From Amphiscolops sp. MND2022 (lineage: Eukaryota): a stretch of DNA of 64,000 nt. The DNA lies in contig OZ076417.1 in NCBI GenBank assembly GCA_964187785.1, positions 10,540,001 to 10,604,000 on the forward strand, in the 5' to 3' direction. Positions 25,539-37,200 of this stretch are shown here, one piece after another (position 1 is the stretch's first letter; each line of letters starts with the position of its first letter). The position numbers and the translations under genes were made by a program. A model generated the notes under the pieces. It had not been told where the DNA came from and made no database searches. It worked only from the letters and a program-made list of their open reading frames with translations.

Positions 25539-26966
25539 TCAATCATGTTTTTGTTTTAATCTTCGGGTTGATTGTTCTTGAATGAGATCAATTCCGTATC
25601 TCTTTGTGGGTATGCGGACTCTTTCTGAGGATCTTTTAGCGGCTTCTGCTGGCTTCTCCTCCCGTTCCCACTTTGCTGTGGCTTTTATGGGGAATGATGC
25701 AATTCCGGGGTTTTGCACAATTTCCGGCTTCTCGTCAGGAATGCTCTTTTTCTCTTCTTCCTTGTTTCTTTTGGGTTCTTCTTCCGTGCTGGTACTCGCC
25801 GTTAGGTCGATAACTGGGGGCCTCATCTCTTCCTCGTTATCGATTTGAACTTCTACGGTGCGCCGGGGTTTTTTCTTTTGCTTCTTCTTCTCCATTTTGT
25901 TTTCTGTGGTTTCTGATTCAGATGTCGAGTCGATTATTGCTTTTTTCTTCTTTTGCTTTTCAGGCTCGTTTGTCTTTTGGAATTTTTCTTTTTGTTCTCT
26001 AGTTGCGGCGGCCAGATCCCGTTTTGCGTAGGTTTTTGGTTTCTTTGAACCTTCAGGCAGAAGAGTGATGGTGTGCGCTGACTCCTTTATCTTTCTTCCT
26101 GTCTTTTTGTCAAAAGCGCCTTGCAGTTTCGTTCCTCTGGCCCTTTCCCTGACGAGAACTGTCGAATCTAGTTCGTCCTGGAAGTTTGAGTTGTCGAATT
26201 GGAGGTCGGGGTCCTGTTCTGAAATATCCAGCAGTTTTGAGACTAAATTCGATTTTACCGTGTTTGGTTCCTTTCCCATTTGCTTTTCAAACGGTGAACT
26301 ACCATCTTTCTTTTTACTTATTCGTAGCGCGTACAGAATTTCCGACAGTCCTGATTGGTCCTTTGTTACTATTATTTGCTTATTTGTTCGCAAGCGTTCA
26401 TTGATCGTTCTTATTAGTCGCTCGATTTTGCCATTTCCCCTGTGATCGCGCACCGGACAGATTATGTGTTCTTTTCCAAATTGTCGACAAAATCGGGCGA
26501 ATTCTTCGCTTACGAACACCGTGCCAGGGTCTGTTCTTATTTTCTTTGGGACTCCAAATTGCGCAATATAGTGTTTCAAAAATTCAATTACCTTTTTCGT
26601 GGTTGGGCATCTTAAGAATTTCGCGTCCGGCCACCCCGAAAAATGATCGATTGACACCAGTAAGTATTTATTTCCTTCTCTCGCATTTTGAAAGGGTCCC
26701 GCAAAATCTAACGCTATTTCCTCATTTTGCTGTTTTGCTTTTGGGATTTTTCCTAGCTCTTTTTGACTTTGAATGCATTTTAAATTCTTACCTGCTTCTA
26801 AGCATTGATCACACAGACGGGCTTGGTCTATCACCTCTCGGTGAATTCGGGGCCACCAAATATCTCCAACCATAGCTAACATCGCATCGCGACCGAGACG
26901 CCCGTAATGAAGAGAGCACATTATCATTGCCCGCATTGATTGGGGAATAACCAACCGGTTATCCAT
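25539..26966 (-). CDS. pol: Integrase with basic/acidic tail
   Basis: CDQC, LDFAGP, TDPGT and GKIER. Separated from RT by in-frame stops and a frameshift. Confidence 0.93.
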   Translation of the reverse strand: MDNRLVIPQSMRAMIMCSLHYGRLGRDAMLAMVGDIWWPRIHREVIDQARLCDQCLEAGKNLKCIQSQKELGKIPKAKQQNEEIALDFAGPFQNAREGNKYLLVSIDHFSGWPDAKFLRCPTTKKVIEFLKHYIAQFGVPKKIRTDPGTVFVSEEFARFCRQFGKEHIICPVRDHRGNGKIERLIRTINERLRTNKQIIVTKDQSGLSEILYALRISKKKDGSSPFEKQMGKEPNTVKSNLVSKLLDISEQDPDLQFDNSNFQDELDSTVLVRERARGTKLQGAFDKKTGRKIKESAHTITLLPEGSKKPKTYAKRDLAAATREQKEKFQKTNEPEKQKKKKAIIDSTSESETTENKMEKKKQKKKPRRTVEVQIDNEEEMRPPVIDLTASTSTEEEPKRNKEEEKKSIPDEKPEIVQNPGIASFPIKATAKWEREEKPAEAAKRSSERVRIPTKRYGIDLIQEQSTRRLKQKHD

Positions 26967-27315
26967 GTATAGGAAATTTCGATCGTCCGTGGAAAACGAC
27001 TGGAATTTTTCTCGTCACGGGGACGGGAGACGGCTCACTGCGGTTTTGTTATAGTTTTTTACTATTGCAATTACGCGCTGTATGATTTTGTCAGCAAAGT
27101 AATTAGCTGGCAAAAGCTTTTCATTAAGCAGTTTAATCGCGGAATTTTCGCTCATGCTTGACTTGCTTGAATTGATTGCACAATGAATCTTACTTGTTGC
27201 GCTTATCCTGCTTTCTGAGTGGCTCGCGTGTTTTGGTCTGATTTATGCGGTTTATGCTCATTCTTTCACTCTCGCTTTGTCCGCTCGCTTGTGTCTCGTC
27301 TTCTAAAACATCTCT

Positions 27316-28731
27316 TTAGACTAAACTAATTACACTATTTACAGTAAACCATTCATTCCACAGTGCTCCTGCTTTTAATGATGCTCCCTCTAATTCGGTT
27401 GGATGACGCGATAAATAATCCGCCATTTCTAGTGTTCTCCCGGCTACATGCACTACTTCGAATTCAAAGGGTAGTAATATATCTACCCATCTAGTTAACC
27501 TGCTTGAAAAGGTTTTATTCCTTATATTTGGTTTCAAAACTGACATCAACGCTTTGTGATCTGAAATTACTTTAAACTGTACACCATATACATAGTTTTT
27601 AAAATGTTCGACTGCCCATACGATTGCTAATAGTTCCAATTCGTTTATGGAGTATTTTGTTTCGAAATCTGTTAAAAATCGTGAAGCAAAGCAAATTGGT
27701 CTCCATTCATTGTTGCTTTGTTTTTGTTGTAGTACTGCGCCTAATCCACTTTTGCTTGCGTCACAAATTATTCTAATTTCTTGGTTCCGTTTAAAATGTG
27801 ATAATTCTACTACACTCTTAATTTCTTTATTAATTTGTACAAAAGCTTTTTCATGATCTTCATTCCACTCCCACTCTGCATCTTTCTTTAAAATAGATCT
27901 AAAAGGAAAACTAATTGAAGCTAAACTAGGTATGAATTTATTAAATTGATTGACTGCGCCCAGAAGTGAGGGTAATTGTTTTAAATTGGTTAGTCGTAGT
28001 TTTTCGCTTATGCCCTGGGACTTTGTGTTAATTGGGGAAATACCAGTTCGCGTTAATTCAAAGCCTAGCCATTCTATGCTGTCTTGAGCAATTATGCATT
28101 TTCCCGCCTTTAGCTGCAAATTGGCGTCGTCCAATATTCTCATGACTTCTCTCACCTTATTTACATGCTGTTGCTTAGTTCCTTTAGTTACAATTAAAAT
28201 ATCATCTATGTACACAAATACACTATTTACATTAGCTAGCGTTAAATCCATTAATTTTTGAAATTCAGTTGGCATTACTGTAAGTCCGTAGTACCCGGTA
28301 GTAAATCGATATGTACCAGTTGATTTTCCTCCAACTATCTGAAAGTTACAATGTTTTTTTGTTAACTCATGTAGTGGGATTTGCCCGTAGGCGTACGTCA
28401 TATCTACAGACGAATACCAGGCCTCCCCCTCACTTTTTTCCAATTCTTCTGCTATCATGTCTATCAAATTATCTAAATTTGGCATCTGGTATTTGTCCTT
28501 AGCTATTGATTCATTGAGGGCCCGTGCATCTAGCGCTATTTTCACCGATTTATCCTTTTTAACCGTAATGACTGTTGGTTGGATAAATACGTCATCTTGA
28601 ATTTTGTCTACTTTTTCGATATGGCCGTCTTTTAACAGTTTTTCGATTTCTTTATCTACTTGCTCTTGTAATTGAATAGGAATTCTGCAGCCTTTTTGTT
28701 GTGAAATTTTCGCATTATCTTTCATATCCAT
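27316..28731 (-). CDS. pol: Reverse transcriptase plus RNase H
   Basis: LDARALN, VDMTYAYGQ, YIDDIL, CDASKSGLG, ELELLA and SDHKAL. Confidence 0.95.
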   Translation of the reverse strand: MDMKDNAKISQQKGCRIPIQLQEQVDKEIEKLLKDGHIEKVDKIQDDVFIQPTVITVKKDKSVKIALDARALNESIAKDKYQMPNLDNLIDMIAEELEKSEGEAWYSSVDMTYAYGQIPLHELTKKHCNFQIVGGKSTGTYRFTTGYYGLTVMPTEFQKLMDLTLANVNSVFVYIDDILIVTKGTKQQHVNKVREVMRILDDANLQLKAGKCIIAQDSIEWLGFELTRTGISPINTKSQGISEKLRLTNLKQLPSLLGAVNQFNKFIPSLASISFPFRSILKKDAEWEWNEDHEKAFVQINKEIKSVVELSHFKRNQEIRIICDASKSGLGAVLQQKQSNNEWRPICFASRFLTDFETKYSINELELLAIVWAVEHFKNYVYGVQFKVISDHKALMSVLKPNIRNKTFSSRLTRWVDILLPFEFEVVHVAGRTLEMADYLSRHPTELEGASLKAGALWNEWFTVNSVISLV

Positions 28732-30250
28732 TTTAATTTTTTTACTCGACCTTTTCTCTTGAACAAATCTGGAAATTCCCTCATTATTTGTTTAACTTCG
28801 GGACTGATACTTTCTTGGGGACTTATCTCATTTATCGCTTTGGCGTCATCCCCCGCTTTAGTGTTTACTTTACACTCACCTCTTTCTATTGGCTGACTGA
28901 TATTGTAGCGTAGAGCAATTAGCCAATCACGGCCAATTATGGACTTTCCGCTGTTTGGTGCTACTAGCAATCTTGCCTTCGAAACAGTAACACCAGCAAC
29001 TTCTACGCGTACCAATTGATAGCCCAATAGATCCAGGGGTTTCTTGTTGTAATCTACATACCGCTCGTTGTCTACCATATCCCTGATAACCACTTTTCTT
29101 TTGCCAATGATTTTTGTCAAATCTCGTTTTGTAAAAATAGATACCGGGGACCCAGTATCGATGATAGCTTTAAAATAATTTCCACACATGGTTCTGGTTC
29201 CTTCCATGTAGAAAGGCTTGCTTCCATTTCCATCGATTTGGAGAACTAATTGCTCTTCGTTACTGTCAGATTCCTCCTCCTCGCTTTCCTCATCAATGTA
29301 GATTACTCTTCGCATTCCTTGAAAGTTACTGCTTCTGGATTTTAGCCTCTGCAGGATTTCTTTTTGTCGTTGAGGAAACTTCCTATTGCAGCATTTTTCC
29401 AAATGCCCGACAATTTTGCAGAATTTACATCTGTAGTTTGTTGCTGTACAATTTTTTTTGTGTTCCGGGATAAAGTTGGATTCCCCACATCTGAAGCATT
29501 CCCTCGGGTTAGATGACTTTTCAATTGCATACACAGGCTCGGTTTTCACCGCAATTTTGGGGTTTTCTGTTGTCTGTAGGCCGTACAATTTTTGTCTTTT
29601 CACCCCCTCCTCGAATGCGATTGCAAATTCCAAGGCTTGATCTGGCTCGCGGGGTTCTGTACAAAGTTTCTCCTGTACTTTTTTATTGTTCATGTGTAGG
29701 ATGAACATATCTAGTACGAGGGTTTTCGTTATCTCCCCGAAATCACAAAGGGATGCTAGCCCATTTAGCGTGTGCCAAAATTGTTGAAGCGTCTCGCCGG
29801 GTTGCTGCATTCTCGAAAAAAATTTGTGCCGGTCGAGGGTTCGGTTTCTTTTTATCTGGAAACAGGCCGTGGCTAGTTGTATTAGTTCTCTCACCTTTAG
29901 ATTCCACAGGGTCGTGTGGGGATATTTATCTTTGAATAATTTCCTTGCCGCCTCTCCAAGTGACAAGTACAGTACGCTAACCACTTTTTTGTTGGCAGGG
30001 TCTTCGTCCATATCCCCCAATAAAGCTCGTGCCCTTGGATTCTGCTGATCAGCATCAAGGGTCAGCTCAGTGATTGAGATTGAGAATTTGGCCATGACGA
30101 CCACCTGGAAAAGATCCAGCCACTTGTCCCAGTCCATAGTAGGGGTTGAATTGGCCTCATGCCAATACACTGGAAGCCCAACGAGGTGCGACATTGCAGT
30201 TGTTGACCATGTTAAGGAGGAAGAATTGCTGCTTTCTGCTCGCAGCGCCA
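28722..30250 (-). CDS. gag: Gag (two CCHC knuckles) plus aspartic protease
   Basis: CFRCG...H...C, CKFCKIVGHLEKC and IDTGS. Confidence 0.9.
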
Positions 30251-33187
30251 TGTTAACGTGGAACTCGAATAAGAATATGAAAGAATGAGAGGATGAAGAA
30301 TGTATTATGTTGAAATGAATTGAAATGTTTTCTATCAACGTGTTTTCTCTCAAGGCTCATGTGGCAACTGATGCTAGCATAGAATTCTAGAGCTAGACTT
30401 TTGACAGGTTGTTAATACGTATTTACAAACACTTCAATGACCTCTACTACAGCTCCACGATCTCCATAAATAGTCACGTAACTATAAAAAAGTTAAGTAA
30501 TGACATGAAGTGGATGGATGAAGAACAGGGTTGAAGTGGATGGATGAATTAGTGGAGGGTGATCGGGATGGAGACCATCAGTCGGAAAATATCTCGGTGC
30601 ATAGCAGGCGCCTTGTTGCATATTGCACCAACTCCACGTAAGAAGTAAATGAAAATTCAAACAGTACATGAACAACTATAGAATTAAAACCTCATCTCAT
30701 TCGAACTTTGCAAGGGAGTCAACTTCTTTAAACTGAACTCCAATCTTCACCTATTACTCTTTCTTACTTTATTATACAACATTCTCGGATAATTTCTTTT
30801 CATACGTTGCTATCAAGGAAAAATTTTTTCTTGAAACTGGTCGCTTGATGCCTATTTTGTTTACCCATCCTATCACTCGTATAGTCGTCTAGACTCTGAC
30901 GAACTTTTGTTGCATATTAATGTAACTTAATTTGTATTCAAAACCTATTGTACTCCAAAATTGTAAAGCTTTATACTCCTCTATAGAGTCGTTCTTTAGT
31001 GAGATCTGATACTGTTAGCGTCTTCTCAAAGTAATAATTCATCGCCGCCGTTCATCTCTACTAGAGACAGATAGTATCTGGAATAACTTGACGTTCTAAA
31101 ATATTAAACAAGACGCCTGCTACGCACCGGGATAATTTCCGCTATAAATGTAAGACATCAGCACGGGTTCGAGCCCACGACCTGCGCAATGGTGGCTAGA
31201 GTTAACTAAATGGAGTAACAAAAAGGAGATTTGGCAGAATCTGTGAAAAAACGCAACACAGATTATGATTTTCCTCCCCCATTATATGTCTGCGGAAAAT
31301 GTATTAAACTTTCATTTCAAAATCAAATACTTTGCCATGCAATGACCAAGGATGCAACTGTCAGTCAGAGCATCAATGTATGATGTTTTTCAATCATGGC
31401 AGGTAGTTTGCCTATAGGAATCATTCTTTGGCCTGAATTTTAGAAAACCAAAAGAGTGGTTGTAGAACACATATTTGGTGAAAAACGTTCAGAGGAATGT
31501 GATCGCGAGTAGTTTTTCTCAACTGTTGATGACAAACCTTCTCTTTCAAACAAGCTGGTTTTGTTATATAGTTCTATGAATTTTCTCAGAATGCGTTTCA
31601 AAAAAAACTTTAGACGGAATTTTGTGAACGGGAGCGTTGGAAGAGGAAAAATATGAGCATTGCCAGCATCAGTAAAAGAAACCTCTGCGCACCTATGTTC
31701 CGTAAAAGTGTTGCGTATCATTTTCAAGTAAAGTATCAAGTAAGAAATGAGCCGAAATCCTTTGAAAACGTACTTCACAAGTTTCATTCATGCACGTACT
31801 TCAGCACTTCTTTGACAGTTCCCTCAGCAATGACTCAACGAATGTTCGTGACCACGAGTACTTGACAACCCTCGGAATAGTTGATTACATTAGATGCTAT
31901 TTTTCAGATCTTTCAAAATCCAGTGCTGGTTTTAAAGAAACAGTTACAATTTCTTCAAATTCTAAGTTTTCAACCCATCTAGCAGAATTGTGTGCAAACA
32001 CAATAAACAAAACAAACAACGTTTCGGAAGAAAAACAAGCAAAAGACAGTGTTTTTTCCATTGGAGTTTTTCTAAACTGGTTCAATTTCTTGAATGTTGA
32101 AATAGCTTGAAAATCGTGCGAGAAACTCGCGAAGAGTTCGGATTCTGAGTTTCTTGTTTTTGACACTTTGAATTGTCGACAGAGATTGAACTCCATAATG
32201 TTATTGGAGAAACAAATTTCTCTTGGTCTCGTGGTCTCAATCCTGTCACAAAGTTATAATTGCACTCTCTCTACACAGGATTTCCACAGATTTCATTTTC
32301 GATAGTCTCAAGAGGTCTCGGAATTCGTTTCTCAGTGCACCATTAGGCTTTTATATGTGAGATGTGTTCAGTATCCCAAGCATCTCATTCCTTTGTCCAA
32401 CAACGTTCTCGGCAACATTCACAGCATCAGATCGGGATTTTGTGTAAAGTATTGTATTGGTGTTGCTTCATTTTCTTTTGGTTCCGAAGGATCTAGTACT
32501 CTCTTTAAGTACTGTTGCTTGTGTCCCGCCTGTTCCTTGTGGATATGGTAAACTTCCAAGGTTTTTTTGTTCTTTCTTGACGAAATCACCTTTTAGAATA
32601 TTTTCCAGTCTCTTCCGATAACTTAGCTGATTTGGGGCTTATTCTTAGATATTTGGGTGACGATCGGAGTTTCTGTGACTTTTAGCACCAAAACTTCTGT
32701 CAAAAAACAATACAACAACTGGAAAAAACTTTCTTGATAGAAAAACTCAGTAGAACATTCTAGAAAAAGTGTATGAAAGAAGAATAATTGCAAAAGTTTA
32801 GCTCTGTTTTATTCAGTATGTCAAGTTATAACACGCCCGTACTGAGACTCCATTCAATCCCATCGATGGGCCCATCGCAGCCTTTTTTGATGAGCATCGA
32901 TGGGCCCATTGCAACTTTTTCCGATGGGCAACGATAGATCATCGATGGCCATCGATGGGATTTGAATTATCGCCCAGCGCATGGGGGCACTTGTGGAGCA
33001 TTTTAGGGTTAAATATATCTAATTTTAACCTACTCTCATTTCCTTTTGAGCCTGAGTAAGCTCGCTAAGTAATCAAGCTTTCCTTGCTGAGAAAACCATC
33101 TGCTTGTAAGAAGAAAAATGTGAAATTTGACTCTAAAAATACGTATTTATATCGAAAAATTTAGTGTTTTTTCCTTGGAAAATCAAC

Positions 33188-33584
33188 TGTTGACAAGCAA
33201 TAAGAATAAAAGTAAACAAAAATTGATCTTTTCAGCGGCGCTATAGCTTAGTGGTTAATGCGTTGGGATTCGAATATTACAAAAGGCGTTCGGATTGAAT
33301 TCGATTCCCGGACATGTAAAAATAAGCGAAATTTTGGAAATGTTTCTCTGATTTTGGTAAAATAACCTTAAAAAAGGCCTTGCTATTTGTGTTACTGTTG
33401 TTTGTGGTTGTTGTCAAATATTATTTAATTATTTCGTTCTTTTTGCCGCTTTTTATATAATATTTTGATTACTTTTGTCATCATTGTGGATTCGAAATTT
33501 GATAGAAATTGGCCTCGAAATAATCAAATATTATCTACATTTGTTTTAAAACGATCTATAGAAACATAAGCTATAGTTAGTTCA
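33188..33584 (+). repeat. 5-prime LTR of outer Bel/Pao element, containing a tRNA-like module
   Basis: TGTTGACAAGC...GTTCA is directly followed by PBS TGGTGGCCATAGAGAGG (33585-33601). Confidence 0.8.
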
Positions 33585-34034
33585 TGGTGGCCATAGAGAG
33601 GCCCGAGTTGAAATTCCTAATCCCAGTTCACTTTCATCTTGATCATTCCTGTGAGATTTATTTTGACTCATTTATGCATTCAACCGCAAGACGTGTTACA
33701 GGCAAAAGTGTTGCAGTAACACGAAATCCAGAAAGACAGGAGAACTTCTGACGGACGTGTCCCAGTCAAACGCGTAAACGTGTGGTAGTCGGACGAATTC
33801 CAATCAGACGTGTCACAGTCCGACATTGAAATTCTTTAGAGAAACTAAAGATTGTATTGTCAATCAAAATTAAAATAACAACGAAAGTTGAGGAAAATTA
33901 TTATTATTAACCGCCAAGTCAAAATTTGACCACACAAACTTTAAAATGACTCATTTTATGATATGAATAGCAAGGCCTTTTCGAGAGTATTTTTACCTTA
34001 ATCAGAGAAATATTTCTAAATTATAAAATATTTT

Positions 34035-34102
34035 ACATGTCCGGGAATCGAACCCACGCCGGTCAAATACCGGCCTTGTATTCTACCGCTAAGCCAACCT
34101 GT
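34035..34102 (-). ncRNA. tRNA-like Pol III module inside the LTR (identical copy at 42910-42977)
   Basis: A box TGGCTTAGCGG, B box GGTTCGATTCC, internal GCCGGT/ACCGGC stem, partial acceptor pairing ACAGGT/ACATGT. Not a canonical tRNA. Confidence 0.7.
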
Positions 34103-34298
34103 CCTAATATTTGTTTGTTTTAAATTAACGACATTGCTGCCGCAACATCCTCCGGGCCCAAGAAGATGAATGTTTTATAGTGCAAAAAAATTTTTTTTTA
34201 ATGTTTTCTAAAACATGTTTTTACATGAAAATTAATTTTTTTCATACAGGTTGATACGTGAAGCATAAATGAAGGAAGTGGAAGAAACAGAACATTGT

Positions 34299-37200
34299 TT
34301 ATTCGGGAAGGGGAAGGACGGGAGCGAGTTTGATCACTGGGCGTACAAGGTTACCAGATGCTGTTCTGACTTCAGCGGACCTGGCGACGGCGTCTGTACC
34401 GAAGTTGAGCTTTACGACACGAGCTAGTGGATAATGCCCTCTAGATGAGGTCGGTTCAACAATCCACACGAGATCTCCGGTCTTAAGATCTCTGTTTGAG
34501 TGCGATGACCACTTCGAACGGCGATTCAGAGTGGGAACGTATTCTCTTAACCACCTGTACCATATTGTATCGGAATAAGCTTGCGCTCGAGCGTAACGCT
34601 TGCGATGGTCGATGTCTGCTTGCTGATGCGAAGGCAGTACTGAACTTGAAGTTCCATGTAGAAAATGATTTGGAGTTAAGGCGTCCAAATCGGTTGCACC
34701 TGCACTAGCAGGTACTAACGGTCGTGCATTCAAACTTTGTTCCACGAGGCAGAACGTAGTTGCAAGGATTTCGTCTGTCAGACGTCTATTTCCGATGACA
34801 GCGTAGAACACGTGCTTGAAACTAAACTACGTACTGAACGTTCCCATACACCTCCATGGTGCGGAGCACTGGGTGGTTTAAATTTCAACTGGATTCCTTT
34901 CTTGACAAGTGATTCAGTGAGGACTTGTTGATTCCAGTTTCTGACGTTCTGTAACAGTTCTTTGTCACTTGCAACAAAGTTAGTGCCGTTGTCGGACCAG
35001 AGAACTGACGGAGTGCCTCGTCGGGCAGCAAATCGTTCAATTCCCATCACACAACTACTAGTGTCCATTGACGGCACAACTTCAAAATGGACGGCTCGAG
35101 TAGTCAGGCAAGTGAAAAGGAATCCCCAGCGTTTCTCAGTAGAACGTTTCACGGACACGTAGAAGGGACCAAAGTAGTCGATTCCTGTGTTGCAGAATGG
35201 AGGTTCTCTGTATGCAAGTCTTTCCCGGGGAAGATCGGACATCATGGGAGCTAAAGTCTCAGCCTTGCGTTTACGACAGGTGATGCACCTGGATACAATT
35301 GATCTCAAGGTTGGTCTCAATTTGACGATTGCGTATTGTTGCTGGATCAAAGCCCTCAAGTATTCAACACCCTGGTGGCATTGACTGATATGAAAGTTCT
35401 CCAGGAACAACCGAACTAAGGGATGACGGCTATCTAGTAGAATTGGGTGTTTCATGTCGAATGAAGCAACATCCAGCTGTTTTGTGCGACCAGAAGCCAG
35501 CAGTAAACCATTAGGTCCAATGAAAGGGGAAAATTCAACAATTTTAGAAGACTTGCTGAGGGGGAGTGACTTCAACAAGCATTTCTTTTCAGTGTTAAAG
35601 GACTCGAGTTGTACCAAATGGAACAATCTCTGTTAGGCATTGTCGAGTTCAGTTGGATCTGTAATCAATCCATTGTCGGTGCGCTTGGATTCGTTCTTTG
35701 GGAGGAGTCTCAACATAAAAACCACAATGCGCAGAACCTTCTCGTACGAACTGTACTTCTGCCATTTGAAAGTTGTTGTAATTTCGGTTACTGTTGCGGT
35801 GATTGTAGTACACTGATGTTCTTTGGTTTCGTTAACTTTAGTGGAATGAGCGCCTTTGTTAAGCTTTATTTTCTGACGAAATTCTTCTGGGGGTTTGAAC
35901 GGGAAGTCGGATGTTTTTAGAAAGTCCGGTCCTGTCAGCCAACAACTGTTCAAAAGATCAGTTGCAGACATTCCACGTGTGCCCGCATTAGCCGGATTGT
36001 GAGCTGTAGGGACATAGTGCCACTCATCTACAGTTGTTAAGTCTAGAATCTCGCATACTCGGTTCGCCACAAATGTGGGTTGCTTTTGCAAAGAAGTTAA
36101 CCACTGAAGCACAGTTGAACTATCGCTCCACATGAAAGTTCTGTCTATCTTCAAAGACAGTGCACTGAGGACCTCGGCGCAAAGTCGTGCTGCCAGTAAT
36201 GCGGCTTGTAGCTCCAACTTTGGAACAGTTAGTGCCTTCATAGGAGCCACTCTTGCTTTTCCAAAGACGAAAGCTAGCTGCGTCACAACACCGTGGTCGT
36301 TTATTAGTTTTCCTCGCAAGAAAGCGACTGCGCTGAAAGCATCTTGTGAGCTATCACCAAACACGTGTAGCTCAATCGTCTCAACAGTTTGACAGAAGTA
36401 CCTTCTTGGTATGGTAATTTCATTCAAAGTTGACAACTCTCTGCTCCATTCCAAGAATTTTGTTACAATTTCGTCTGGCAAGTTATCGTCCCACTGCTGG
36501 CCACTGAGCCTCCAAATGTCTTTCAAAAGCAGGCGCGCTTTGATAGTGAACGGCGCGACGAGACCAATTGGGTCGTATACAGCGGATACCAAACTCAGAA
36601 CAACCCTTTGAGTGACATTTCGGTCGGTGTTTGGACTGGTTCCTCTGCTAACAACTAGGGTGTCTGTTGAGTGATTCCATTTCATTCCAAGAACGTGCGA
36701 GAATTTCTCCGCAGTCGGAATCTCTTTCTCTTCCGTGATTCTGGTGTCGCTGTTCGGATCTACTTCAATGGGGATGCTTGGTACATTAGACACGAACTTT
36801 GTCAGTTTAAACTCTCCCAAAGCAAGCATTTTAACAAGATCCTTCGCTTTGTTTGAGGCTTCGATAGCTGTTGGACTTGATTCGAGGTAATCGTCCATAT
36901 AAAAGTTGTTGTGGACGCTTCGTGCTGCATCTGGAAAGTTGGCTTGGTTATCTGTGGCAGTTCGTTTCAATGCGTAGTTAGCGCAAGTTGGCGAATCTTT
37001 GGAGCCGAAAATATGCCGAACAAACTCGAAAACAGCAACTTCAGCTGCTGGGTGCTCCCGCCACAAAAATCGAAGTGATGGTCTGTCACGTGGGATAACT
37101 CCAACTTGGAGAAACATTCCTTCGATGTCTGCAGATACAGCAAAAGGATACTGACGGAAACGGAAAAGAATGTGGATTAGGCTCTGTAGCAAATCTGGTC

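Larger units (their letters stand above)
25214..30451 (-). mobile_element. Full-length Ty3/Gypsy LTR retrotransposon, Mag/SURL-like
   Basis: 201-bp LTRs (25214-25414 and 30251-30451, TG...CA, 2 mismatches). 5-bp TSD GCTCC. PBS TGGCGCTGCGAGCAG (tRNA-Ser-like) and PPT AAAAACGGGGAA. Domain order gag-PR-RT-RH-IN. Confidence 0.97.

Noticed and set aside
28725-28750. Programmed -1 frameshift at A AAA AAA between gag-PR and RT
   Set aside because: The geometry fits -1, but it lies after the protease, Mag-like elements normally use one ORF, and the copy has other lesions. A homopolymer deletion is simpler. Sibling copies would decide.
31440-32200. Possible transposase remnant (VVEHIFGEKRS)
   Set aside because: Single short motif among many stops, and no TIRs.
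34035-34102. Functional tRNA gene
   Set aside because: No 7-nt anticodon loop, mismatched acceptor and T stems, and located in an LTR. Kept only as tRNA-like.
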